From Octopus vulgaris (Eukaryota), in contig OX597815.1 in NCBI GenBank assembly GCA_951406725.2, positions 117,490,001-117,554,000 on the forward strand: 64,000 nt of DNA. The letters run 5' to 3'. Below the pieces are notes generated by a model. That model saw only the letters and a program-made list of their open reading frames with translations. It made no database searches and was not told the origin of the DNA. Both the position numbers and the translations under genes were made by a program. This document shows, one piece after another, positions 13,441-25,320 of the stretch. How positions within the stretch are numbered: the first letter of the stretch is position 1; every line of letters begins with the position of its first letter.

Positions 13441-13727
13441 CATCATCATTGTTCGACCGTGGTCGAGACAATGGAATTTACCATGCTACGCCAGACTTCA
13501 CGGTCCATCATGGCATTACGGAGGTCCTGTTGCTGGATGCCTGTATCCCTGGAGATTACATCAGGGTAGGAGAGTGTGCGCCCTCTGGTATTGCGAGTAG
13601 ATGGCTTCCAGAGAAGAAGAGTAGAAATTACTTCTTTTTCAGCTCTACAACAATGTCCAGCAAACTGGACTCTCCTACCTTTCACAAGAGATGACACAGG
13701 TGGTAGTTTCCCATATATTTGCATTTT
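13441..13727 (-). mobile_element. 5'-truncated RTE-clade LINE with (TGA)n tail and 13-bp TSD
   Basis: QIYGKLPPVSSLVKGRRVQFAGHCCR...LLLWKP...RGR...AMMDREVWR is a typical RTE C-terminus; TSD aaaaccatagagt at 13428-13440 and 13769-13781. Confidence 0.88.
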
Positions 13728-14261
13728 GGTTAAAATGCATAGAGTGCATAAAATGCATAAAATGCATAAAAACCATAGAGTGGTTAAAATGCATAAGCTA
13801 CTGTTTCTTTTTCCTTTACTTGTTTCAGTCATTGGACTGCAGCTACGCTGGAGCATCTCTTTGGAGATTGTAATGAAATAGACCTCAATACTAATTTTAA
13901 AGTCTGCTACATTTTCTACCACTCTTTGAACTAGTAAGTTACAAAAACGCAAACGAACCTACACCGGTTGTGAGAGACGAACACAAACAGAGATGCATGT
14001 GCACTCTCACATACATGCACAAGCACATACATATATAGAGATAAATAATAACAAAGGGTAAAATTAATTAATTAAGAAGTAATCAATTATTTCACCAAGT
14101 AGAATTCGGTATGAAAAGTAGAAGAAATAGCTAAGATTTTTGGCTGCTGTTTCTAAACTTCGGTATGTGGTAAAGCAAATCTTTGCTGAACTCTTTTATT
14201 AAGTATATAGCGATAAATGTACATACATGCATACACACATGCGCATGCATATATACATATA

Positions 14262-14673
14262 TATTTCTTTATTGCCCACAACGGGCTAAACATAGACGGG
14301 ACAAACAAGGATAGACAAAGGGATTGAGTCGATTACATCGACCTCAGTACGCAACTGATACTTAATTTATCGACCCCGAAAGGATGAAAGGCAAAGTCGA
14401 CCTCGGCGGAATTTGAACTCAGAACGTAACGGCAGATGAAATACTTATTTCTAATTCTTTACTACCCTCAAGGGGCTAAACAGAGAGAGGATAAACAAGG
14501 ACAGACAAACAGATTATATCGACCCCAGTGCGTAACTGGTACTTATTTAATCGACCCGGAAAGGATGAAAGGGAATGTCGACCTCGGCGGAATTTGAACT
14601 CAGAACGTAACAGCAGACGAAATACGGCTAAGCATTTCGCCCGGCGTACTAACGTTTCTGTCAGGTCACCGCC
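14262..14673 (-). mobile_element. Dimeric family-A SINE
   Basis: Junction gaaata-agtatttcatctgccgttacg at ~14435-14455; the second monomer carries a different tail from the other two dimers. Confidence 0.88.
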
Positions 14674-15309
14674 TCACATAAATACATGTGTATGTGTTTG
14701 ACAGGTTTCCGCACAGTTTCCGCCTAGCAAATGCACTCATATGACACTGAGCAGTCCTGAGCTACAGAAGAAGATGCCTGCTCAGAACGCCAAGCATTTA
14801 TACCGAAACCGAAACCGCATAGTTGCGAAGCAGACTTCTTAACCACACGGACACACCTGAAAATAAATAAAGAAATCAAGGTAAAATAGAAATATAATTT
14901 AAAATATTGATCAAAGTTAGGAGTTGATAGTTTAACACGAACTTCTAATTAATGATTTAGTAAAATGATTACAATTCGCAATTTCAATTTTTAATCTAAT
15001 ACAAGATGGCCGTAGGTTTTGATGTTATATTAAAAAAAAAAAACCCTTGTAGTAATTATAGATTACCTCCCCACGTCCGTTTCCTTTTACCTCCTGATAA
15101 CTTGGAATTGATTTCAGATTAGAGCTTGGAAGCATTTACTCATTTACCGCATCGTGTATCTGCCTATAAATAGTTGTAGTGGTGATGTTGGTGTCGGTGG
15201 TGGTATTGATGTTAGTGATGGTGGGCGTAGTAGTAGTAGTCGTAGTAGTAATAGTAAGAACAACATAGCAACAACAGTAACGGTAGCAGCAGCATAAAAA
15301 GTGCTATTA

Positions 15310-15775
15310 ATATTGGTTTCAATTTTTGGTTGAAGGCCACCAGTTTCAGAGGAAGAGGTCAGTCGATTATGTTGACTCCAGCACTCAACTGGTACTTATT
15401 TTATCGGCACTGAAAGGATCAAAGGCAAAGTCAACCTTGATGGAATTTGAACTTAGAACGTGAAGACAGAATTTGAACTTAGAACTTGAAGACGGATGGA
15501 ATACTGCTAAGCATTTTGCCTGGCCTGCTAACGATTCTGCCAGTTAGTCGCCTTATAAGAAGTGGTATTAATATTGATATTAGTAAGGCGATGAGCTGGC
15601 AGAATCGTTAGCACGACGGGTGAAATGTTTAGCGGCATTTCGTTCGAGGTCGACTTTGCGTTTCAGCCTTTCGGAGTCGATAAAATAAGTGCCAGTTGAG
15701 CACCGAGGTTGATGTAATCAACTTATCCCCACCCCTGAAATTGCTGCCCTTGTGGCCAAATTTGAAACCAATATT
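15310..15775. mobile_element. Head-to-head inverted pair of family-A SINEs
   Basis: Minus copy ~15315-15555 (TSD-like aagtg(c/g)tattaatattg on both sides) and plus copy ~15586-15775. Confidence 0.85.
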
Positions 15776-15818
15776 AACCGTTTAGTATTCAGATTACTCT
15801 GTCAAATGTATTGCTTGT

Positions 15819-16146
15819 TTATTACCGCCGCCTCAGCGGAGGTGGATGTATTGTTTCAGTCGTGTTTGTTTGTTTGCTTATTTGTCCATAGACAAGATAT
15901 CTCAGTAATCGTTGGGTGGATTCGGATGAAACTTTCAGGGATGTTTGGCCTCGTGACTGGCACGAACTGATTAGATTTTGGTATCGGACAAGGATTCTGG
16001 ATTATTTTTCCGGGTTCACTTTTAGTATTCTCGTTTGTGAGAGCAGTCGAGTTTATTTCAGATATTCTCATTTAAAAAATCATCTCTGGTTAAGAGGACG
16101 TTGGTGTTGCCTTGGTGGAGGTTTGCGCTCTCTGAGTGCTCTTGTT
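15819..16146 (+). mobile_element. Non-autonomous Helentron-type (HINE/DINE-1-like) element
   Basis: ttattaccgccgcc..gcggagg 5' subTIR/IR, (GTTT)n tract, 3' ccttggtggagg subTIR followed by hairpin gcgctc-tct-gagtgc; T-rich ends. Confidence 0.7.
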
Positions 16147-19100
16147 TATATTGTTTTGAGTTAATTACGCATTATATTGTTGCTAGAGATGTCGATGGTG
16201 TTATTGTTTAGTTTCATATTGACGTTGTAGAGTTGAGGTGAGAGGGTAAATCTGACCTGTTTCAACACCAATATTTTAATATTTTGGACGGATATGGCCG
16301 GTTTGAATACTAACATTAATGCATTGAGCTGGCAGATTCGTTAGCATTCCGGGCAAAATGCTTAGCGGCATTTCATCTGTCTTTCGACCCCAAAAGGACG
16401 AAAAGCAAAAGTCAACTCGGCGGAATTTATACTCAGAGCACAAAGCCGGAAGAAATACCACTAAGCATTTTGTCCGGCGTGCTATTGATTCTGCCAGCTT
16501 GCGGCATTAATAATAGTAATAATGGTTTGAAATTTTTGGTACAGGGCCAGCAGATTTTTATGGGAGTGGGTAAGTTGATAACACTGACCCCGAAAAGATG
16601 AAAGGCAAAGTCCATCTCGGTGGAATTTGAACTCAAAGCACAATGGCAAATGATATGCTGCTTAACATTTTGCTCAGCGTGCTAACGACTCTGCCAGCTC
16701 ACCGCCTTGATGCAGTATCAGGCAGTGGCTCTCATGGCTTCTTATCTTAACTGATTGAAAGTGTTAACATGTACATGTTTTGTTTTGGTATAAAAGATGG
16801 GCTACAGTAAGTATTCTGCTCAATACTATTGATTTGCTTGCCGCTTGCTTTACCTTAACCAGTTGAGCATGCTCCTTAGTGACTGACGATATGTGCATCT
16901 CTGACCACGAGCAGGAGTAGTGGGAGTTCATCAAAGCCATGTGTTGAGAGGAATTCCTAGAGGTTTGAATAATTCACTCTTGGAAACATAAGTGTTTCGT
17001 TCATTATCCTTAAACAACCCTTATCCAAGGATCTTTTGAGCTGAATGGGCTATTCAACATGAAGAAAATTCTAACTAAGCATCCAGTTAGGAGGTCATGC
17101 GCTGTTTATCTTGAAATAATGTCGCAATGTCGGCACAAATGGTTGTGATGCATGTGCCTGATGTACACTTATCACACGGGTAGTCATGATGGGTATATTG
17201 GGCTTCGTACTCTAGTGTCACTTTGATGACGCGTGCTTCTCTCTGACTCAAAAGTAATAATAATGATGGGCTCTCCCGTCGAAGATGAGGTATGAGCGTT
17301 CAGCTTTTGCCAAACGACCTGCAAAAATGATTTGTTTATAGCGATCACAACCTCCCATCAAATCGACGTTGCTCAAATGGTGCAAGGTGTATCATACAAC
17401 AAGCGTCGAAGTGATCGCAGGGCAACGTGAAATGAAGTGTTTTACTGAAGAACATAACACACCACCTAGTCTAGGAATTGAAACTACGATCTTGCGATCT
17501 TGTGTGCAACACCCTAACCACTAGGTCATGCGTCCTCAATAAAGAAAATCATAATAATAATGACGATGATGACGATGATGATGATGATGATGATGATGAT
17601 TAATTCAACGTACCAACTAAAGTCTGGAAAGGTTTGAATTCTTCGGTGTCAGTTCTTATGGTAAAAGTGCATTAATTGTATCATTCGGTGTTATCTTGTG
17701 ATCTAGTGTTTGCTACAATTTTTATGAGCAATAAATATACTGCGACATAGACTAGCAAATAAAGCATACCGTATCATCGTCGCAGTGCTATTTCTGTAGC
17801 AATGGTATTTAATTCTTAGCTATGTACAGAGTAATGGAAAAATAGAGAAATGTTTTTGAGATGTGGATTCTTTTGCAGATTGGGCAGAATAAGCTGGAAA
17901 GTCACGGTAACAAACTCTGAAGTTATAGAAAAGCTCAAAATTCAAAGACTCAGTGTCTTTGAATTTTGAACATGCAATGCACCACTAATCCAAAACCGTT
18001 CTGTCTAGAAGTATTGAGGTGAAGGGAGTAAGAAACTGTTGAAGACGTTTGTGAAATGACGACATAACGAACTGATTGGGAACAAGAGCCTGGCTGATTC
18101 TATGCATACGGGATAATACAGAAGGGCCTGGAGACTCATGGCAAGCCGAGCTCTGTATACAAGGAGAGCACCTGGCTCCTGGTTGATGCCAGTCTGTTAA
18201 GCTGTAAATATGAACCACTAAAAGAAGCGGTGCATTGAATCAGAAGCATGTTTTTTTCATTTGCAGTATTGCATTTGAACACAGCAACCCAACTTTTCCA
18301 AAAGCTACGATCGACAGCTGTTCATATCCGGTGGTGATATCAGCATGAAATTGTGGTGAAAGACGTTGATTAGTTTAAAAGTTCAATGAACAACATGCCA
18401 TTCACCCAACTAAAATTCACATGCTTTTGCAGACACATCCACCGTAGCTCTTTGTCGAGAGTGAAAAAACAAAAAAACAAACAAACAAAAAAACAAAAAA
18501 CAAAAAACAAAACAAACAAAAACAAAAGCAAAAACAAATGTTGTTGTTATTGATGATGATTATGATGTTGATGACGACGACGACAACGATGACGACAACG
18601 ACGATGATAATAATGGCGATGATGATGCGGAAGAAGAGGAGAAGGAAGAGGGAGATATTAAGATGAATGATTATAGTAAACAGGCCTTGAGAAAGGAGTG
18701 GAGAAGGAATATTATTTTATTTATTTATTTTGCTCCGAAATTTATGAAGTATGATGGTATGGAAGAAAAATTACATGAACAGATTGAAAGAATTTATGCC
18801 TGGAATTACATACAAGTCAAGCCAGATTTTTCATCATATTTCATCTGTTATGATGAAAGTAAAAGCAAATAGAATTATCAGACAGATTGGAAGGAATCCA
18901 GCTGAGTCATAACTGATGTTTTTAGATGTTGATCGCATGCCGTTTTGTAACTCGATTGAAGATAAACTCTTTGGTTCTCCTCTTATGGGATGGGCTCCTT
19001 TTTTCCCCGTCTAGAATTATCCAATATGAAGTGACAAAAATGGTAAAACTATTAGCAGAACAAATGGAATTTTCAAAGGGCTTATTTTTCTTTTCTTTTA

Positions 19101-19339
19101 GGCGACCTTTCTCAAGGATCTTTTACGATGCCATTCAATGGGAACGAAGTTGCATAAGATAATCTTCGTGCTTATAAAATCCTTCTGTTATTTTAAAAAC
19201 ATTTTTATTGATAACATATAAGAGGGGTTTTAGTGTTGCTTATTATCATTGCATCAGGTATTATTATTATTGCATCAGGTATAAATACTTCACTGATTTG
19301 TATGTGATCTAGATTTGGAGGTTCTATATGCGACTGTTG

Positions 19340-19950
19340 AATCATGTATAAATGAAGCCTTGGAACTGCCCAAATTTCAAAGAAACCGTACTGTGGGTTA
19401 ATCTAAAGGGAGGACTTAGCGTAAAATCGCAGAAAACCTTGGGATTCCGCTTTTTGCAGTTAATAGAGTGATTGTGCAATTCCCCAGAAAGGAGAAGGAG
19501 TCCACATCTCCAATAGCAAAATGTTTAAAGAACACTATTTATGGAAGCTGAGGCTCTTTGTCACGCGGCTAAAAAGACCTAAGATGGGTTGGAAAAGAAT
19601 GGCATTAGAAACTTCCATGGCCAAGCCAGTCACCAGATATGAACCCTATTGAACACCTCTGGGGCATAATGACATTTCACTTCGTAAAAAGAACAAGAAA
19701 GCATCGTTAAACCCAGCTCTTTTGAGATTACAGCATGAAACTTGGCAAGAAATTCCCAAAGAGAATATTCGTCATCTGATCAGTAGCATGTCTTATAGGA
19801 TCGTTACATTGAACAATGGAAAGGACATGTCTACTAAATATTAGATATTCACATTATAATAATTAATCAATAATCTGAATGTATAATTTCAGATTAAAAT
19901 TTTTTTTAATGATTATAAGGGCATCTATTTACTTCTGTCATGTCTGTGTA
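19340..19950 (+). mobile_element. Decayed, internally deleted Tc1-like transposon
   Basis: WPSQSPDMNPIEHLW at 19618-19662 (Tc1 SPDLNPIE motif); WQEIPKENIRHLISSM...STKY* ends at 19844. Confidence 0.85.
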
Positions 19951-20339
19951 GTTTATTTAAACAGGTTCAGTAAGTTCTCAGAACAAGTCTGACGGGGCCC
20001 AGTCTGTCATGTCTAAAGGAGTGGAATCATGTTGTGGATACTCCAGAGTAACTGGTCATTGAAGCAGCTTAAAGCTACCGCATAATATATATTATGCAAC
20101 AAATATCGATATAGCATTTTATACCTACGCACACACATGCCTACACTTATTAATTACAGCAAAGCATCTTGCTTGAACAAGTCCTCTAAACTTGTGTTCG
20201 GTTTTGTAAATTAACGAAGCACTCGGCAGTTATAAAGTACTCCTGCCAATGCATTTTGCTACGTACATGGAATGGTTCATTAGAGCGTAATGCCTGTGCC
20301 AGCTAACAGTGATACTTTGGTATCTACAAGTATATAAGA

Positions 20340-20722
20340 CAGTAGCACGCCGGACGAAATGCTTAGTGGTACTTCGTCTGTCTTTACGTTCTGAGTTCAA
20401 AATTCCGCCGAGGTCGACTTTGCCTTTCATCCCTTCGAGGTCGATAAATTAAGTACCAGTTGCGTACTGGAGTCGATCTAATCGACTGGCCCCGTCCCCC
20501 AAAGTTGGCAGAATCGTTATCGCCCCACCTCCCCCACCAAAAAGAAAAACGGTTTGTGACATTTCTTCCGATTTTACGTTCTGAGTTCAAATGCCGCCGG
20601 GGCTGGCTTAGCCTCTCGTCCTCTCATGATCGATAAAATAAGTACCAGTTGAACACGGGGTCGATGTAATCGAGTTATCTTCTCTCCTGAGATTGCTAGC
20701 TTTGTATCAAAATTTGAAACTG
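20340..20722 (+). mobile_element. Two fused family-A SINEs
   Basis: Family core occurs twice (20400-20500; 20580-20720). Confidence 0.82.
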
Positions 20723-21150
20723 ATATCTGCATCAGTGTGGTTGTCCACGTTTTCAAAGATAATATTTTAAGGAAACGTGCTTTACTATATCTCTATAGTT
20801 CTGCTTAAGCTATTAAGTGCAATTTATATAACAGATATGGCGTATTTTAATCGAGTACAATGCGACCTCAAATATGATGGGATTTACACATTTTGTACCC
20901 GAGTATCAGTTATATATTCTAGCCTTGTGTTTTGCACTCAAGTATAATGCTCCACTCTAATTTTGGCGCTGTTGCTTTGTATTAAATTTCTCGTATTATA
21001 TGATAAGTGAGTAATTCGAGTGAGAAGGTTTGGCAGGCGGTCTATAGGTAGTGTGGCTTATAATGTCTTGTATTACTATATATCTCACTGTGTGTGTATG
21101 TGTCTGTTTGCGCACGAGTTTATATAATATATATATTTATATATGTCTAT

Positions 21151-21240
<90 letters not shown>

Positions 21241-21733
21241 CGTCTGTCTGTCTGTTTGACTGACTGTCTGTCTGTCTGTCTGTCTACCTGCCTGCTTGTC
21301 TGTCTATCTATCAATTAATATACTATAATGCTCATATTATACAATGATAGATTACAAAAGCAGTTGTATACGGTCAACTTAACGTGACAGTCCCGTAAAG
21401 GGAATCATACCACCGCTATTTAGCCCTAGGAAGCATCAACGCTACGTTGTAAATTACATATATAGTATGTATAACATTGTTTAATTACTATTACATATAC
21501 ATATCATTACACAGGGTGGCCCAAAAATAGGTTTACAGTTATCACGTAGGCACTTTAAATTTCTTTTACATTTTATTACATTTAAATTTTTATCTTACAA
21601 TTAACTAAATTAGCATAGAATAATATATTCAAATTATTTTTATAATTAAGATCTAAATTGTTAATATATGAATGTGAAAGAGATAGTTGAATAACTGCAA
21701 ACCTGTACATTATATATATAATCATTATTTTAA

Positions 21734-21878
<145 letters not shown>

Positions 21879-21879
21879 A

Positions 21880-21922
<43 letters not shown>

Positions 21923-22144
21923 GTATATATAAGTATATATATATATATACACACACACATAGAGAGAAAGATAGAGAGGGATAGAAAAAGATAAACACAC
22001 ACACATATATTTACATATGTGCACACACACACGCACTGACATATATACGTATATAAATAGATTGATATACATATATACATGCGAGCGCGCTAACACACAT
22101 ATTCATGGGAATTCGGTAATATTGGTAATATAATTTAAATTAGC

Positions 22145-22362
22145 AAGGTGGCGAGCTGGCAGAACCGTTAAAACACCAGGCAAAATGCCTAGCGGCATTT
22201 CGTCCGTCTTTACGTTGTAAGTTCAAATTCCGTCGAGGTCGACTTTGCCTTTCATCCTTTCGGAATCGATAGAATAGATACCAGTTGTGTGCTGGGGTCG
22301 ATATAATCGATTTTGCTCCGTCTCCGAAACTGCTGGCCTTGTGCCGAAATTCGAAACCAATA
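22145..22362 (+). mobile_element. Family-A SINE
   Basis: Full head and core match. Confidence 0.88.
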
Positions 22363-22780
22363 CAAATGAAATTAACGTATTTCTATCATGATCCATTTCT
22401 TCTAGCTGACTCGAACCATGTACCGAGAGCCTACGAAACACCAGTTAAAATTACCATGTAACTGCTTTCCCCCCTACGCCGCCCCATTCTACCATGTGGC
22501 ACATGCTGTACACCAACGTGAGTTAGGCCTTTGAGTGTTAAGCATCTTAGCCACGGACACAGGTGCAAGCGTCTATGTTAGGCTTCTTATCACAGAGTGT
22601 TTGCTTGTTCTGTCGACTGATATCATTCTCATCGTTCTTGTAGATATTATCATTGTCATCACATTTACTTCTGTGGTCGCTGTCATCGCCGCCATTGTTA
22701 TTCCCGTCTTCGCTGTCATCGCCACCACTGTTTGTCAGTCTGAGTCGTCGTCTTTATCGACGTCATAATAAGCAACAATT

Positions 22781-22827
<47 letters not shown>

Positions 22828-22918
22828 TCTAGTAGTAGTAGTAGTAGTTGTAGTAGTAGTAGTAGTAGTTGTAGTAGTAGTAGTAGTAGTAGTAGTTCTA
22901 GTAGTAGTAGTAGTAGTT

Positions 22919-22994
<76 letters not shown>

Positions 22995-23030
22995 AAGTAG
23001 TAGTAGTAGCAGCAGCAGCAGCAGCAGCAA
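22781..23030. repeat. (TAG)n/(CAG)n microsatellite
   Basis: Directly visible; source of the poly-L ORF. Confidence 0.97.
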
Positions 23031-23269
23031 TAATGAATGAATTAACAACACAAGGTAAGAATGAAAAAAAAAAAGTAACAACAACGTTGAATTTTAATGG
23101 ATGAAGGTTAGAAAAACAAAATAAAATTTAAAAAATATATATAAATATAGACATCAATAGAAATCATAAACAAAATTTTTATGAGGCAAATGAAGTCTAC
23201 TTAAATGCATTAAGTTTCATTTCCTTTCTTAATTTCCTATTGTAATTTCCTGGAGAAGCTCGCTTTCAG

Positions 23270-23520
23270 TCATCATTTACCGCGTACCGCTAGACTGATC
23301 CATCACAGATCTCAGACAACTGTTGCATTCGACAGAAATGCTTCCCACCCACCGCCGCGCCCCGCTCCGTGTTATTTCTTCGTCTTCATTTCACACTAGT
23401 CATTCTCTCTCTATTCCACATCGCTCTCTTACTTTCTATTTCTATCAGCAGGCCAATGATCCAAAACGACTGGAAAAGATTCGCTGTCATGGTAACCAAC
23501 CGAGCCAATCAGAGTGGACT
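23270..23520. promoter_or_regulatory. Promoter-like island: GC box, two CCAAT boxes, RFX X-box
   Basis: cccacccaccgccgcgccccgc (~23344-23365), CCAAT 23453-23457, GCTGTCATGGTAAC 23483-23496, AGCCAATCAG 23503-23512; CpG-rich unique DNA. Confidence 0.5.
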
Positions 23521-25290
23521 CAATTCGTTTCAAATCTGTCTCCTACTGGGTGGATGGAGTTGTGTAAGGGAAGCAAAGGTGTTGTCGTGTGATGTTGGCA
23601 TTCTATCTGAGTATCACAGAAAACGATGTTTGTTATAGCCTATTAGAATTCTTTCTTTTCATAGGCATCGATCGATACATAATAGCATCAGTTCTTCATA
23701 TTTTAACTAAAGCTAAGAAATTTATTGACGAGCACAACACACAACACTACAAGTAGAGATAAATAAATATGTGTCACTTCATTCGCATTGAAATATCTGT
23801 AACTCTAGAGAAATACTAACAATTTCTCCCTCTCCATACTCCGTCTCTATCTCTCTTTCTCTCTCTCTTACAAACACACGCACACATACAAGCAGATCTC
23901 CAATATAAATATGTTTGTATAATAATCTCTAAATACAACTAGAACATACACATAAGCATATTAATAGTACCTATAAAATAAGTCTATCCATACACATACG
24001 CATATACTAATGTGTTCAGTTTAGCATACAAAATACATGCTATGATATTGCGCACATAACCATTATATCATAATACCTACAAGTAAGCATGTCTACATGT
24101 ACGCATACAGTAAACTATTATTGTCTGTCTTTGATGAGTAATGTTATTCAACTAAAGCGTCATTATAATCTACCGTATGACAGAAATGAAGCGAGAATAT
24201 TTTAATATTGTTTCTCTATATAAACATACTTATTTTATCTTGATGCATCGCTTAGTCTGTTGTCTGTAGTCTTTTATATGAAAAAATCAATAACATATTT
24301 TGGAAATCATAGTTTGACTGAGTAATAGGCAAAATAAATAACCACAAGTTTGTTGTTTCGAATTTTTCTCTTTTATGTATTTTCATCAAAGTTCGACTTC
24401 TTGAGTTTATCCATTAGAAGAAATAGAATTTTAGATTAAAAAAAAAAGAAAAAGAAAAAATAGCTATTCGATGGAGATATTTGTTGTCGCAAAATTGGTG
24501 TAAAATGTAAAAATCGTTTTCCAGACCGGCAGGTATGATTGTTTTTACGTAATGTTTTATGATGTAATATTATATAATTTCAGCATTTTAAAATTCTATA
24601 GCTGAGACTAGACTCAGATATGTCTCTTGATATGCACAGATATGTACAGATATGTACAGATATGTACGATTCTTTATTATTCTGATTAAAAAAAAATAAC
24701 TAATTAGATTTAAAAATAAATAAATAACAATAAGACTATCTATAAAATATTTTATAGAAAGAAATTTGACCCTGAGAAAGTTACAGGTTCTCTTTAACTG
24801 CCACTAATTATTTTATAATTTGATAGCTTTTGCTGTTGTTTGGGACAAGATCAACAAGTGAGACAAAAGAAGGATCCAGTTGATATTAATGCGATTGATG
24901 TTAACCTCAGTTGCATTAAAATATATTTCGCTAATTATAGTTTCATCGGATTCTTTAAAATTTTACTTACAATTTTTATTGCACAGTCGACTCGTTTAAG
25001 GACAGTCAAATTGATTACATATGTTCCACTCCCGAAAACGATGGTTAACTTAGTTATGATAGGATGTAGGATGCACCCTGAATTAATGTTGGAAATGTTC
25101 TTTGACACTAAGAGAAGGATTTATGCAGTACCAAGCAAAGAGATTTAAAGGGTTGTCTGATTGCGAAGATGCAACTTAACGCTTGGCTTCCAATACTAAC
25201 TAGATGCAGATGATCTTCACCACATTATTAACTTCCTCGAAGAGAACAGTGAGCTGGCAGTAAATGTAAATCTTAACCCGGTAATTTCAA

Positions 25291-25320
25291 ACTTACCTAA
25301 ACAGAAAAGGAAGTGGAGTG
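25291..25320 (-). other. Candidate recursive splice site (zero-length exon)
   Basis: Minus strand reads cactccacttccttttctgtttAG|GTAAGT. Confidence 0.4.

Noticed and set aside
16720-17255. Possible interspersed repeat ending in TAA repeats
   Set aside because: Single copy in this window with no diagnostic motif; cannot classify.
21513-21707. Mariner-type MITE (cagggtggcccaaaa...)
   Set aside because: Only one clear TIR; the right end is partial.
24435-24532. Plus-strand exon ending CAG|gtatga
   Set aside because: From the plausible acceptor every frame hits a stop before the donor; alternative acceptors are weak.
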